Shown: positions 15,118 to 27,260 of the stretch, in pieces
Layout: each line of letters starts with the position of its first letter
Numbering within the stretch: position 1 is the stretch's first letter
Assembly: GCF_009914755.1 (NCBI RefSeq)
Contig: NC_060931.1
Reading direction: 5' to 3' (one strand)
DNA length: 64,000 nt
Origin: the human T2T-CHM13v2.0 reference genome, Homo sapiens
Made by a program: the position numbers and the translations under genes
Notes under the pieces: generated by a model
Told to the model about the DNA's origin: nothing
The model's input: only the letters and a program-made list of their open reading frames with translations
Database searches by the model: none

Positions 15118-16206
15118 CTATAGATTGTATTTCTGATAGATATGACTAATAACTTCACTTCTGCATTTTTCAAGAAATTAATAAGGCAAAATGTGAATGT
15201 TAATTACTATGAAGTTGATAGGAATAAAGATTTATCAATCACCATGACATATAAATACTGCATAATGAAAATATTAATAATAATAACAGCAGTAATAATT
15301 ATTCAAGAAAGTCAGATATTGGCACCCTCTCTTCTATCCATAAAACATGGAAGCCTCCTTGATTCTGGTATGTTGGAGTCTTCATAATCAAAGCCTCAGC
15401 CACTTAGATTTATCCCCTGAGTCATGCCAGTAATAATTGGTTTGATTCTAGAAAAGAAAAGCTGAATATAATAATTCACATCAGTAAATTACCATCTAGG
15501 TTCAATTGCTACATGTTTTAAAAATTAAATATATTCTAAATTAAATGTTTTCATTTCTTGTGACAAAGTGTTTCTATATATCCCAATTGCATGACAATTT
15601 AACCTGAAATGGACCATCAATTTTCAAATTTAAAATATAAATGTCTGTAAAGGTCTTAATTTTAGACTATGAAAATTATGCATTCTGGGATTTAGACTCC
15701 TTTACTTTTTGCTAGAGAAGAGTTAAAACACAGCCTGACAAACTGATAGAGCAGGGTGAGGTGCGGGCATTCCGGCTGTGGTCTCTGCCTTTGCGGCCCT
15801 GCAGTGGATTGCCCCCAGCTGGTTATGTGTGTGGGGTTCTGTTTGCTGCTCCCGCTGCCCCACGGCCTCCTCCCTGACCTCAGGTGCAGAGAGGGGAAGA
15901 GTGCTCTGCAGTGAGGGTGTATCATCACACAGTTTTCTTCTTTGTATAGTAAATATTTTTGGAAACACTAAGTTAAATACCCAGAAGAAAGTAGTAAAGA
16001 AACAAAATCATTTAGAAAACCTAAATGATCGACCAGCATATCATATAGTATACACCTAGACAGTACATGACTGTACTAGACAATCATGCTTTGATACCCA
16101 TATATAAAATAGTAGATGTTAATAAATATCTTGCTGTCTTAAGATGAAATATTTTCCAGCCTTTACAGCCATAATTTACAATTTGAACTGAATAATTATA
16201 TTTATT

Positions 16207-16227
16207 TATATATATATATATATATAT
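16207..16227. repeat. (TA)10 microsatellite
   Basis: Direct reading. Confidence 0.9.
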
Positions 16228-19200
16228 TTCCCCACCCTGCTAAAAATTATACTGGAAGCTGTAGTAATGTCCTCCACAATGGTCATTACTGCTAAATAAT
16301 TAACCTTGATATTCCTTAAGAGCCCCTGCTCTGCTAGCAATATTTGGAACTATTGAAGTGAGAGATTTTCTTGCTGATATAATAATTTCATGGATAGTAG
16401 TACTACCCCAAATGAAAAGACATTAAAACTGACTTCCAGAGGCTTTATTTTTCTTCTAGTAAATCCATTATGGACAGAATTTAATTCCTTACTGACTCTA
16501 GAATTACAAAGCAAGTACTTATGTGATGGAATTATACTGAGCTACTAATTATCTGTTGTACATTTGAAATTTAAACAATTTCGTTTGCCATAATTACTTT
16601 TTTTGTCATTTTAGTTTCAATAACTAAATTCACTTGTTAAAATGACATTATACAGAAATCTACATTAAACAAAAAAGTGATTCCAAAGATGTAAAGTTCA
16701 ATTTAAATTAATAATAATTATACAATTTAATACTAATTTTGTCAGTTTGTTGTATGCTTTTACCCATAGATAATTCCCTGTTCATATTATAAAGGAATAT
16801 ATTAATTTTCAAAGTGGATATGAGATTAAAATATGGCTTATTTTACAGGGTTGTTATTTATTGGTGTCAAGTTGGCACTAAACACTGAAAAATAGGTTCA
16901 GAAACTTATACTAAAGTGTTTTCCATCACCATTTATTTTATTAATATGCATGTATGCATTCAATTTACTCAAAATTAGGTGAGACTTATGGTTTTAACAC
17001 TCCAAGATGGATTGTGGTGTTCACGTTTTAAATGGAAAATTGTTTCTAATCTTGCTTCTGTGTATATATCTGATTGTTCCCACCTTGTGTGATTTATATC
17101 CAAATTTCAGAGTTCTGAGTACTAATTCCACATTCAAACATAAGGAAGAAGGATAGAATTATTTAAAAGTATTGTGTACGCTTGGAGTCATCAGTTTAAT
17201 TTCCTGGAAGCTCTTCTATCAATTACTGATCTCCCAGAAACTTTTCATGACCTAGTCACTCAATTATTTAACAAAAACAATTTTAATTTTGCATGAATAG
17301 GATTGCTATCTTTTTACTGAATCGCTAACATTTTAAAAATCCCATATTATATTGATAATTGCCATTTATAAAGTGTTTACTGTGTCTCTTGAGCTTTATG
17401 TACGTAGACATAACACCTCCATTACTAAAGCTAATTCATGGGGTAAGAAAGGCCACGTGCATGTTGCACATGAGGGGTAAAACATGAATAGAACTAAAAT
17501 TACTGCAGTTCACACAGCTAGTAACCAGCTCGAGCTCTGGGCAGCACTCTTGATGACCTGGCTGCTGTGCCTGCACTGTTCATCCCACCAGGATGGCTGC
17601 AAATCATGTGGTCAGGGGGATTGTGGCTCTCCAGGGAACATCCAAGGCCACCTAACATCAAAAGGAAGTTATGTGTGTGCTTCAGTACTCATAGAGGTAG
17701 CAGCTATATGAGTGTACAGTAGTTTATCCAAAACACTTGGGACCAAATCTAGCCCAAAACCCTGAATGTTTCAGCTATAGAAACATAGTAAACACCTCTT
17801 GCAGAAATTGCTGGAAGGAGGCTCGAATCAGTCATGAATATTCTGTATAGAAATGTATGAATCTTCATGCTAAGTGAGACAAACATTATAAGTAACTTCA
17901 TTTCATTTTCCATCAAGTATTACTACCAAATAAGCTATTACAAACCTTCACGTTGCTATTTTTTAAAATTGCATAATTGTGGATAAGAGAAGAAGTTACT
18001 ACTAAAAGGAGGACTTCGTCAGAAAAATTAAGAGCAGGTTATGCATTGCTTGTTATGTGGCAGTATGGCTATAGACCGATCTACCTTGTCTCTGCATCCG
18101 GGCTACACTCAATGTTTAAGACATGATTAGTTGTCCCAGTTTTCCCAGATCTAAAAACTTGTTTGCCTAAATGGTTAAAACAAAAAACTTCCTGAATACT
18201 CAACTGGTGTTTTATAAATTAAGATTTCCTCCCAATTTGTTTAAACTTAAAATTAATTATGTACATGGACATAATGAATATTGTGATAATACCATTCTGT
18301 TGAAACTGAACACAATGACAGCAACTAACTGAAGACAGACCCTCATTAACTGTCATCTGTACAAACCTAGACTGAGCTCACTCACAATACCCAACATCGG
18401 TCTTACAACTGATAGAAGTTCATTAGATCACTGTTGCAGAATCTGAATTTTCTGTCACTAGATCACCCAAATACTTCTCTTGTTTTTCTAAAAGTGGTTT
18501 CCTTTTTGACACATTCATTGAAATAGTTTCTTCTCTAACTTATATACTCATGAGATTTCTCATGTCATTCTAAATCAGTGGCACATTCTAATGTGTTCTT
18601 CAGCAACTAAGGCTATAAGACATGGGTGAAAACATGTATATACAGGTCCCTTTTAATCTAATGTGTAGTCTATTCAAATATGACACATTGGTATAATATT
18701 GCCTATGGTAATATTTGGAGTAAGTTTGGGATTTTTTTGACATTAAATCCACATTGAGAGCTTATAAACAGTAACTGTTATTTCAGTACCACATGAAAGT
18801 TGTGGCATAATGTAATTATTCCAGACTGAAATGAAATAGAAAAAGCTTCTCACACTCAAGTGTCAGGTTGTCCTATATAGGATTTTCGATTAGCTCCCCA
18901 TTTTAATTAATCAACCTGACTTTTTCCCATTATATTGACATTGCTAAAGGTGAATTTTCACATTCCTTGCTTTTATTAAGTACTCAATTCTGTACATTTT
19001 CAAATTATTCTACATAGGTGAATATACAAAATCTAAGTTAATTTTATGCCTTCATATATCTTATTGATCAAAGCTATAATTTAATATTTACATGGAGATG
19101 ATTCTCATTAATATTGAGTGCTGTATATTTAAAAATTCTATAAAATAGCAACAAAAAGCATACATCATAGGAAGCAAGACTGGAGGACAGACATGCAAAG

Positions 19201-19320
19201 ACAGAAATGCAACTATGAACCTAAGAACCAACCTTGTCACCATTAAGTGCACCAAACCAAAGCCCACCAAGTCTCCCCATTTTATCTTTACCCTGACCTA
19301 AAAAATTGCTAATAATAGAG

Positions 19321-19615
19321 TTTTTTTTTGTTTTTTGTTTTTTTTACAAAGTTTTGCTCTTGTTGCCCAGGCTGGAGTGCAACACTCACTGCAACTTCTG
19401 CCTCCTAGGTTCAAGAGATTCTCCTGTCTTAGCCTCCTGAGTCGCTGGGGATTACAGGTGCCTGCCACTATGCCTGGCTAATTTTTGGTATTTTTCGTAG
19501 AGATGGGGTTTCACTATGTTGGTCAGGCTGGTCTCGAACTCCTGACCTTGGGGGATTGACCCTCCTCGGCCTCCCAAAGTGTTGGGATTACAGGCATGAG
19601 CCACCATGCCAGGCC
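19321..19615 (-). mobile_element. AluS (AluSq/Sp-like)
   Basis: Poly(T) then gctcttgttgcccaggctggagtgc (Sq/Sp-type extra base); short internal deletion near 19383. Confidence 0.93.
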
Positions 19616-21046
19616 AGTACGTTTTTTTGTTTTGTTTTGTTTTTTTAATGGGGGAAGAGAGCAGTTGAGAAACTACAAAAAGTCAAGCTCATACATTTCC
19701 TGATACCCCTCCCTTGAGTTTTATAACGGGTCTGAAGGCGAATCCTTACATGAGATATGTCACATAAATATATTCCAAAGGCAGTAGACAGTCGTTGTCC
19801 CTTCTACTGAGATTAAAATTACAATATGCTTACAAAGAATGTGCTGTCAGTACGTACTCACACACATCAAGATGCATATTTTTTTGATGGGACAAAGATG
19901 AGCACATCAGACAGTTGGTGTTTTCAATACAGCACACAACACATGTAACAGTTTGGGCTCACATAGGGATTTAACCTGTTCTCATTTGCAGCACCATCCA
20001 AATCACAAACCCGAATCTCATTGAGTGATTGGGGGCTCAATATTTATTAATTTAACATGTTTATTCTACAGCTCTGTATTATTTCAATACCAGACTCCAG
20101 ATAGATAAGAATGCATCGTCTCATTTTTTTTTGGCTCTTTAGTTCGAGAAGTCTATTTCTTTTCAGATTTCTTCTTCATGATCATTTACTAACAAACATA
20201 CCCATGGCTTGGTATGTTAACAGAAGAGATGACTAATGAAATCTAAATAGTCATAAAAGGAAAATTCCCATGAACTAGATAAACACAAGAATTACAAATG
20301 TGATGAATAGGAATAAGATGCTACAGAAATTGATATTGCCAAGCTTATCATTTCAGCCACATTTCAATACTCATAACAATTACTTAGAATCAGCAACACC
20401 GCACAGCTAATCAACTGCATCTGTTCATCTTCACAGCTGTTACTCCGGAAAAAATGCCACTCTCCTCCCCACTCAGCTCCAAACACAGTGTGATTGTAAT
20501 GAACACCTATCCTGATGAGGAATGCAGGCTGCATCTTGGAGAAAATTCAAATAGAGGTCCATTTGAAAATGGAAGATATGTAGTTACCAAGGAAACTCGC
20601 TGTGAGTCAACAAACTGGCTTAACTTCGAGCTTTGTGAGTTTATTCCATACAGAATTAACTTGCTATTCATTTTTACCTACTCTCCTAAAATGCTAGGAA
20701 TCAAAATAAAATTATAAATATTATTAGCCATGCAATTAAAAGAGTAGTTTATTTTGTTATTTCTTGTCATTGATTTTGAAGAAAATATGTATTCTTTTTC
20801 AGCCTTTATGGATGCTCTCAGCCATACACATGCATATACCTCCATGGTTATGCAATGGAAAAGGAAGAATGTCAGGAAAAATGCAGAGGACAGATTAGGT
20901 AGGTGAATCTGCCATGAGGGGTTAAGAGACCATGTAAGGAGGGTCAAAGGTTCATTTCTTTGAAAACACATCACAGAAGCAAGATCTGAATGGAAATCTT
21001 ACTATAAGAAGGAGGTGGGAGGAAAATGAAAAAAGTCTGGGGATGA

Positions 21047-21357
<311 letters not shown>

Positions 21358-22239
21358 TAGGGCTGCCATTTTTAAGTAAGATGCGTTATGGCCCAAATAC
21401 AAATAGACAGAAGGAAGGTGGAAAAGAGGCTGGGTGAGGAGGCAGAGCATGCCTTACCTCTTCAGATCTGTGAACATTTGGAGGTTTTATTCCAAGAACA
21501 ATCAGAAGTACCTAATGACTTCTGGCGAGGGAGATTGACATTATTCCAGGACAACTGTACTTAAAACATATGACCTGTCAAGAGTAAATATTTTTTCTGG
21601 ATTCTTCTGTGTCATCTGTCAGAATTCTTCTGCTGCCCACTTCTGGATTTCCCCTTTCTTCTCCACCATGCCTTGCTAAGCTGCAGTGTCTTCTCAACCT
21701 CTAGCCTGGAAACGGACCTCCTGTAGTCCCACAGCAGTATGTCTGGAGTCATGTTTGGCTCTTCTTTAATCTTATCTGCCTCCAGGCACCATGTCCTGCA
21801 GATGCAAGTCCCCACAGTTCTTGGTAGGACTGCGTTGTGATGCCTATTGCCTCAGCTGTAAGCCAGGCCTCACTAACTCAGGTCACCCTGGAGCAATAGC
21901 CTTCTCCTTCCAGTCTCTCACTTTCCAGACCTGCCTTTTGCCATGAGGCTGTGCTAGCAGTCACTGAAACATCCAGATTTGATTTTAGTTAGCTTTACTC
22001 CTAACTTAAAAAAATACCAAACCCCCATTAACTTTTATAGCATGTGACTCTGGATTCTCCCTGGTCTGATGTTAATGTACTTAAACAGCAGTAGTTCTCC
22101 CAAGTCCCAATTTTGTATAATTTTGGCTTACTTCCTAAAACGTTCTCTGTTCCAGTCTTTACTAATGCTCTCAGCCTGTGGAGATCTTAATTATGCAAGA
22201 TGAGTTTTTAATTAAGTCTCTGGTTTTGCCTGTGATAAT

Positions 22240-22450
22240 AAAATTTACCTTTTATCCAGTACTTACTATGTGCCTGTCACTGTTCTAAGCATGTTAATTC
22301 ACAACAGTGTTCTGTGTGGTTTCTACTGCTAGCCTCATTTCACAAATAAGGAAGTTGAGGGTAAACATGACATACACCTTGTAGGTGGCAGAATTTAGAT
22401 TTCAATGCAAGTATCCTGCCCCAAGAGCCCACATGGTGAACCAAAAGCCA
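22240..22450 (-). mobile_element. MIR
   Basis: acttactatgtgcc...cactgttctaagc...cctcatttcacaaataaggaagttgagg core. Confidence 0.7.
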
Positions 22451-22619
22451 TGTTATTATGTACCTCACGGTTGGTACATGGTACATCACACCCTTTCTCA
22501 AATGACTTATGGAAATTTTCTCTCTTACTATATTGTCTTCAGAACCTATATTTTCTTTGGATTTTTGTGCTTTTTTTTTTGCCTTCTATTAGTAGGTTAT
22601 TAATAGTATACCTTGAGCC

Positions 22620-22920
22620 CTATGCAGTAGTACAGTATGTGGTTAGATGAACAGCCCATCCATCAAATCCTGCCTGTCCAGTTACCATAGGCTGACTCTA
22701 GGAAACTTAAACTGTCTCTTCCTCAGCTACCACATCTGCAAAATAAAGATAATAACATCAGGTAATACGAGGTAATATTACCTCCTAGTGGGTATAATGA
22801 AGATGGAGTAGCGTGTGTGTGTGTGTGTGCGCGCACGTGTGTTTTAGAACAGTTCCCATTCTAGCTCAAATTGAATGCTTATACAAGTGTAATTTCCAGT
22901 ACCACTTGTTATTAGTATTA
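22620..22920 (+). mobile_element. MIR with an internal (TG)n tract
   Basis: caaatcctg...cctcagctaccacatctgcaaaataaagataataa core. Confidence 0.65.
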
Positions 22921-23321
22921 ATTTCCAGACTTACTTCTAGTCGGGTATTCTCCCAATTATATAAACACATTTCTACATTTTTTCCCAATAATGCACAAGA
23001 TATTACAAAAAGAGGAAATAAGAAACTGTGGTAATAGGTAACTTGTCACTCTGAGGGTCTGCCAATTTCCAGAATTGGAGCCATTTATTTGATTCTGCAG
23101 CTTTACTGCAGTCGTCTAGGTTGGCTTGTCAACTTACCAGGCAGCCATGGTCAAAACTGCTGAGCCAGGAGACACTGAAACGAGAGAAGATTTCTTGTCA
23201 TAATCCAACTCCTCTTTCCTGTTACCCATGTCCTGGCAGATCCATCCACCCATTTCCAAACTTTTGAAGACCCTAATTTTTTCACTTTGTGCTAAAACTC
23301 TTCTTACTTTAAACTTCAGTC

Positions 23322-23908
23322 TGTTGGGACTCAAAAACAGATACATCAAAATATGGCGCTTTGACATGCTGAACTAGAGAAGAAGCTTCAAGGTCTTTCT
23401 GACCTTCCCCAACCTCTTATCTCTCTGTCCTCTGTCTCTCCCAAAGCACAGGATGAAGTTGTTCTCTGAAGTTCCTTTATCTGCCTAAAGTCTGCACCTG
23501 CCAATTTCCTCTGGTTCCTATTCCTGAGTTTTTATTAACTGAACTCATATTGCAGGAAGAAAGACTGAAGTCTGTCAACACACCTGAGCAGATTTGCCAC
23601 AAATCTCTGTCTGCTCTGTAAGCACAGCAGACTTTGTCCCAGGCCACTGTATGTTCTTCAAGCCCATGGAATTCTTCCAAAGATTATCTACTACTTCCCT
23701 AAGGTCATCCACACTCCCCATCTCCCTCACCCCTAAGAAAGTCTAGAACCATTTCTACCCCATTGCATGGTGGGGCAATCGCTCTGCAATTTCCCCCATG
23801 CACACTAATAAATTTGTATTCCATTTCTCCTGTTACTCTGCCTTTTGTGAGTTGATTTTCCAGTGAACCCTCGGAGGACTAAGGGGAAGTTTTCTTTTGT
23901 CTTCTATA
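23322..23908 (+). mobile_element. Solo ERV1 LTR (MER39-like)
   Basis: tgttgggactcaaaaacagatacatcaaaatatggcgctttgacatgctgaact start; AATAAA ~23807; end shared with the LTR at 44355; TSD agtc/aggc (3/4). Confidence 0.8.
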
Positions 23909-24204
23909 AGGCCAACCAGTCATGCTAACTATACCTTCCTACTCATTCTCAATTTTTTCCAACTAACTAAAATAGATACGTTTATCATTCCTGAACTTCC
24001 CATATTTCCTTTATCTAGGAAAATAGTACAATATATTTGAGTCCTTGCAGTTGTGTTCATAATCTACTATATAACATTTGTGTAACTTCAGAAAGATCTA
24101 ATGGGCAGTGTTGATCTATGCTATATCCATAGATGAGTGTGGTTGCATCAGAGTGGACTCCTGACCCAAGAGGAGACAAATAATTCATTCATCATCGGAA
24201 GACA

Positions 24205-24378
24205 TCTCTCTCTCTTTCTTCCTTCCTTTCTTTCTTTCTCTTTCTTTCTTTCTTTCTTTCTTTTTCTCTTTCTTTCTTTCTTCCTTTCTTCCTTCTTTCC
24301 TTCCTTCCCTCCTTCCTTCCTCTTTCTTTCTTTCTTTCTTTCTTTTCTTTCTTTCTTTCTTTTTCTTTCCTTTCTTCT
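24205..24378 (+). repeat. (TTTC)n/(TTCC)n polypyrimidine microsatellite
   Basis: ~174 nt with no purine on the + strand. Confidence 0.95.
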
Positions 24379-24674
24379 ATCTTCTATCTATATTTGCTTT
24401 TCTGAAAACTTGAATAAAGGGTCACAGAGACGTGAAAAGTGATGTAGCCATGGATTACAAAAGCAATGGTCAGTTATCACCTATGTGGAGCTCCTCAAAT
24501 ATATCTTGGCACCCTAATCCCTGAAAGCCCGATTTTTAACTTTTTCCTTTTATTTAGTGTCTTGCCTCAGTATCCTTCTAACAATATTGGTGCACCTCCA
24601 CTAAGTTTATCATCCCTATTCTTATCTCACTTTGGTTTCTTCCAAAGCAGTTTCCCTAATAAGCACTAAAAGGA

Positions 24675-25211
24675 GCTGTGTAATAAACCACCACAACTTT
24701 GTGGATTGAAACAACAATCATGTATTTATTTCATAATTCTTCAAGTGAGTAATTGAGTCTGTCTTGAATGGAATCTTTCATACATTCACTCATCCACCCT
24801 AGAGTATGTATCTTACTCAGCAGTGAGCTGTCGGGTGGCTTTCCTGACAGTGGCTGTGCTCGTCGTCACATCACTGGGAGCTTCAGGTGAAACAGCTGCA
24901 TCAGCTTGGGTCTTGCTCACATGCTCACTCATTCTCAGTGAGGCTAGCCTGGGCCTGGTCTTATGGAGTAAGCAGGGATTTCAAGAGAGAAAGACAAAAG
25001 GCACGCAAGTCTCCTTGGAGCCCAGGCATGTAACCCTGCATATCATCACTTTTGCTGCATTGTACTGATCAAAGCAAGTCCCAAGAACCACCCAGATTTG
25101 AAGAGAAGAGAAATAGACTCCATGCCTTAGGAGGAGGTGCATTATTGCATTGCAAGGAGTGTGGCATCAGAGAGCAGTGAATAGTTGTAGTTAGTTTTGT
25201 AATCTATTACA
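24675..25211 (-). mobile_element. MLT1 (MaLR) solo LTR
   Basis: gctgtgtaataaaccaccacaactttgtggattgaaacaaca...catcacttttgctgcattgtactgatcaaagcaagtc...aatctattaca. Confidence 0.7.
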
Positions 25212-26649
25212 AATTCCCTTTAACATAAGCTCAGTTACTTGGCCATATCTCTCCCCCTTTAGGAGACCATGGCAAAACTGGGCAAAAAAATAGCATCACC
25301 CTACAGATTAATCCCATGACAAACTCATTGTTACTGTTTTGAGGTAGGCTTTTAGTATCCCCTCAAAATCTTTCAATTTTTTCCTGTCAGGACTCTTTTC
25401 CAAACCCCTCATTACTTTTAAACCCTCTCAATTCTCCTTGAGCCATCTGTCCAACTACCTGAACCCTTTGTTTGTGAGAGAGAGATAAAAACTATTCAAA
25501 TAATGTCTTATTTTATGAGTGCAGTTTTTATTACTTTTTGTTACAGCGCAGTAATATTGAAGGGCTTGAGAGGAAAAACATATACAAAAGCTTGTAGGAA
25601 TAGGGTGTAATCAGAAAAATGACTTTATGTCTGGTGCCAGTCACCTGCAACTCATAAAATTAATGCATCATTTAAATAAAGAGCAGAATTAACATATCCA
25701 GTGTAGAAAATGGGGAAAAACCTAGGGCCAAATGTCTGGGCTTTATATTTGCCTTTCCTAACAATTAACTGTAAACTGTGGGCAAGGCATAATCTTTTCT
25801 TGGCCTCTGTTTATTAATCTGTAAAGTAAACAGGTTGAACAAAGTGATTGGTGTGGTTACTTACAGCAAGAAATATATCCAACCAGGGACTTTCAATGGG
25901 CAATACAAAAAACCCGTAAGTTTAATGTTCTGCAGAAATAAAACAAAACAGACCATTTGATGTTTAATGGATAAATGTTTAAAATCTCTTCTTAAAGATG
26001 TTTTACTCATGTATTTTTAAATCTGCATTTCTTTGTTTTACTATAAGCACATTTAAGGAAAGGCAAAATTGTTCTGTAATACATACCCATCTGTTACTTC
26101 TTTTATACTTTGTTATAGTAACATATTTCTATAGTTATGGTACAATCACTTCCCTGTAAACAATGACAAAATCACTCCTGAGGATTGTTGTAATTTGAAA
26201 AATGAAGAGTATACAGATACAATGAATACTTCCAAACACGTGTAACGTAATGGTTCAGTGGTCACTACTACTGGCTGTCAGGATGGCCAACTTAAAGCAT
26301 ATTTTCCCATTTTCTTTACAAGTTTCTCCATGATGTTATGGGAAATTGTGTGTGTGTCTAAAACCAAGTGGTCAAATCTCTAAGTGAGCCATAAGAGAGT
26401 CTCCAGGTTCCTAATGAGGGAAGTTGTACAGCAACTCCCTGGTGCCCCTACAATGAGATTTCAAATCTCTGGCACTGTCAGAGATGATCTTTAACCTGGC
26501 TCAACTTTTAGTCCATTCTTCAAAGTATAGGCTAGAATGGGCTGCTTCTGGGAAGGTTTTGCAGGTGGTTTATTCCATCCTTACTGTTGACTTAAGAAAT
26601 ACCTCTAGGTGTCAGTGCTTTTGTCTTTACTGTCAAAATAATGACTACA

Positions 26650-26730
26650 TTTTTTTTTAAACAAGTAAACTCTTTAACAAGTAAACTTTTTTTAACAAGT
26701 AAACTCTTTTTCTTTAACAAGTAAACTCTT
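26650..26730 (+). repeat. Four-copy minisatellite, core AACAAGTAAACT
   Basis: Exact 12-mer at 26660, 26676, 26694 and 26716, separated by T/C spacers. Confidence 0.9.
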
Positions 26731-27079
26731 GAAAAAAAAAGCAAGAGGAAAGTATTTAAGATAATTAAGTCAGAATAAATTCTAACCTCTCTTTATGTAT
26801 TTACATTAGTTTCCTGTGAAGACATCTTTCAACTCTACTGCAGATATGCCAAAACTGTGGGACAAGTGACCTTCTTTGGCTGGCATCTTCTTTCTGGGCT
26901 CCAGCTAGATAGCAAGCTCTTCCAACAATTCCCCTTAATTTTGATGTTATATTGCTATGGAAAAAAAATACTATTGTTTAGGATATCATTAAGCAGGTAC
27001 CTAACAAAATTTTTATAGTTTAGTAGCATGGAAGCTATTGTTTTCATTAACAATGTATTAAAGGTACAGGTTCTCCAGT

Positions 27080-27260
27080 GAATTCACACATGTCCATCAT
27101 CCCAACTACAACACAACTCTATGAGATGGAGAGATAGCACTTCTCCCATTCTATAATAAGAATATAGAGCTTTTGTTACATCAAGTGCCTTTCCACAAGT
27201 AGTGCAGCTGGTAAATGGTGGAGTGAAAAGAGACTCTAGATCTTTTTAAGTCAGTTCCAC
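27080..27260 (-). mobile_element. MIR
   Basis: acaactctatgagat...ctcccattctataataagaata...gcagctggtaaatggtggag. Confidence 0.55.

Noticed and set aside
17715-17990. Possible Tigger/MER46-type DNA transposon remnant
   Set aside because: Only a short resemblance (ttatccaaaacacttgggacca); termini and TSD not identifiable
18430-18500. Minus-strand EKYLGDLV resembling a CR1/L2 RT C-terminal motif
   Set aside because: No supporting YADD-type motif or other homology visible nearby; too short to call
24137-24442. Phe/Leu/Ser-rich 101-aa membrane-like ORF
   Set aside because: Translation of the CT microsatellite
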